This document shows, piece by piece, positions 6,866-6,927 of a stretch of 6,927 bases of DNA. The position numbers were made by a program, and so were the translations under genes. Under the pieces are notes generated by a model that saw nothing but the letters and a program-made list of their open reading frames with translations, did not search any database and had not been told where the DNA came from. This stretch comes from Octopus sinensis (lineage: Eukaryota), in contig NW_021829173.1 in assembly GCF_006345805.1 (NCBI RefSeq), positions 1 to 6,927 of the forward strand, written 5' to 3'. Each line of letters opens with the position of its first letter. The first letter of the stretch is position 1.

Positions 6866-6927
6866 TTCTTTTATTCGTTGTATTTGTTTCAGTCATTTGA
6901 CTGTGGCCATGCTGGAGCACCACCCTT
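6866..6927 (-). mobile_element. 3' tail of a SINE type B-like element in reverse orientation, running off the window
   Basis: The reverse complement of 6884-6921 matches 6441-6478 at 37 of 38 positions. Confidence 0.88.

Overview
Eukaryotic, AT-rich, repeat-dense non-coding DNA (intron or intergenic). The SINE types and microsatellite style point to an octopus or other coleoid cephalopod; this is inferred from pattern recognition, not a database hit. I find no supportable host protein-coding gene, real tRNA/rRNA, CRISPR array or prokaryotic system. Almost all ORF-track entries are microsatellite or antisense artefacts. Contents: compound microsatellites (TA/CA, TGGA, GAA/GCA/CAA); several tRNA-derived SINEs of about four types, including a dimer and a probable chimera; a decayed, internally deleted L1/Tx1-like LINE on the minus strand (YADD motif, CCHC relic, AATAAA 3' end); and two tandem ~231-bp units embedded in (TA)n. 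The best lead is in those tandem units. Each carries a minus-strand minimal type I hammerhead-ribozyme-like motif, as expected of a Penelope-like pseudo-LTR or retrozyme. The copy at 906-940 keeps the full fold with two deviations from the canonical core, and the copy at 679-711 is degenerate. This class of element is known in other animals, so any novelty would be the specific variant and host, and activity is untested.
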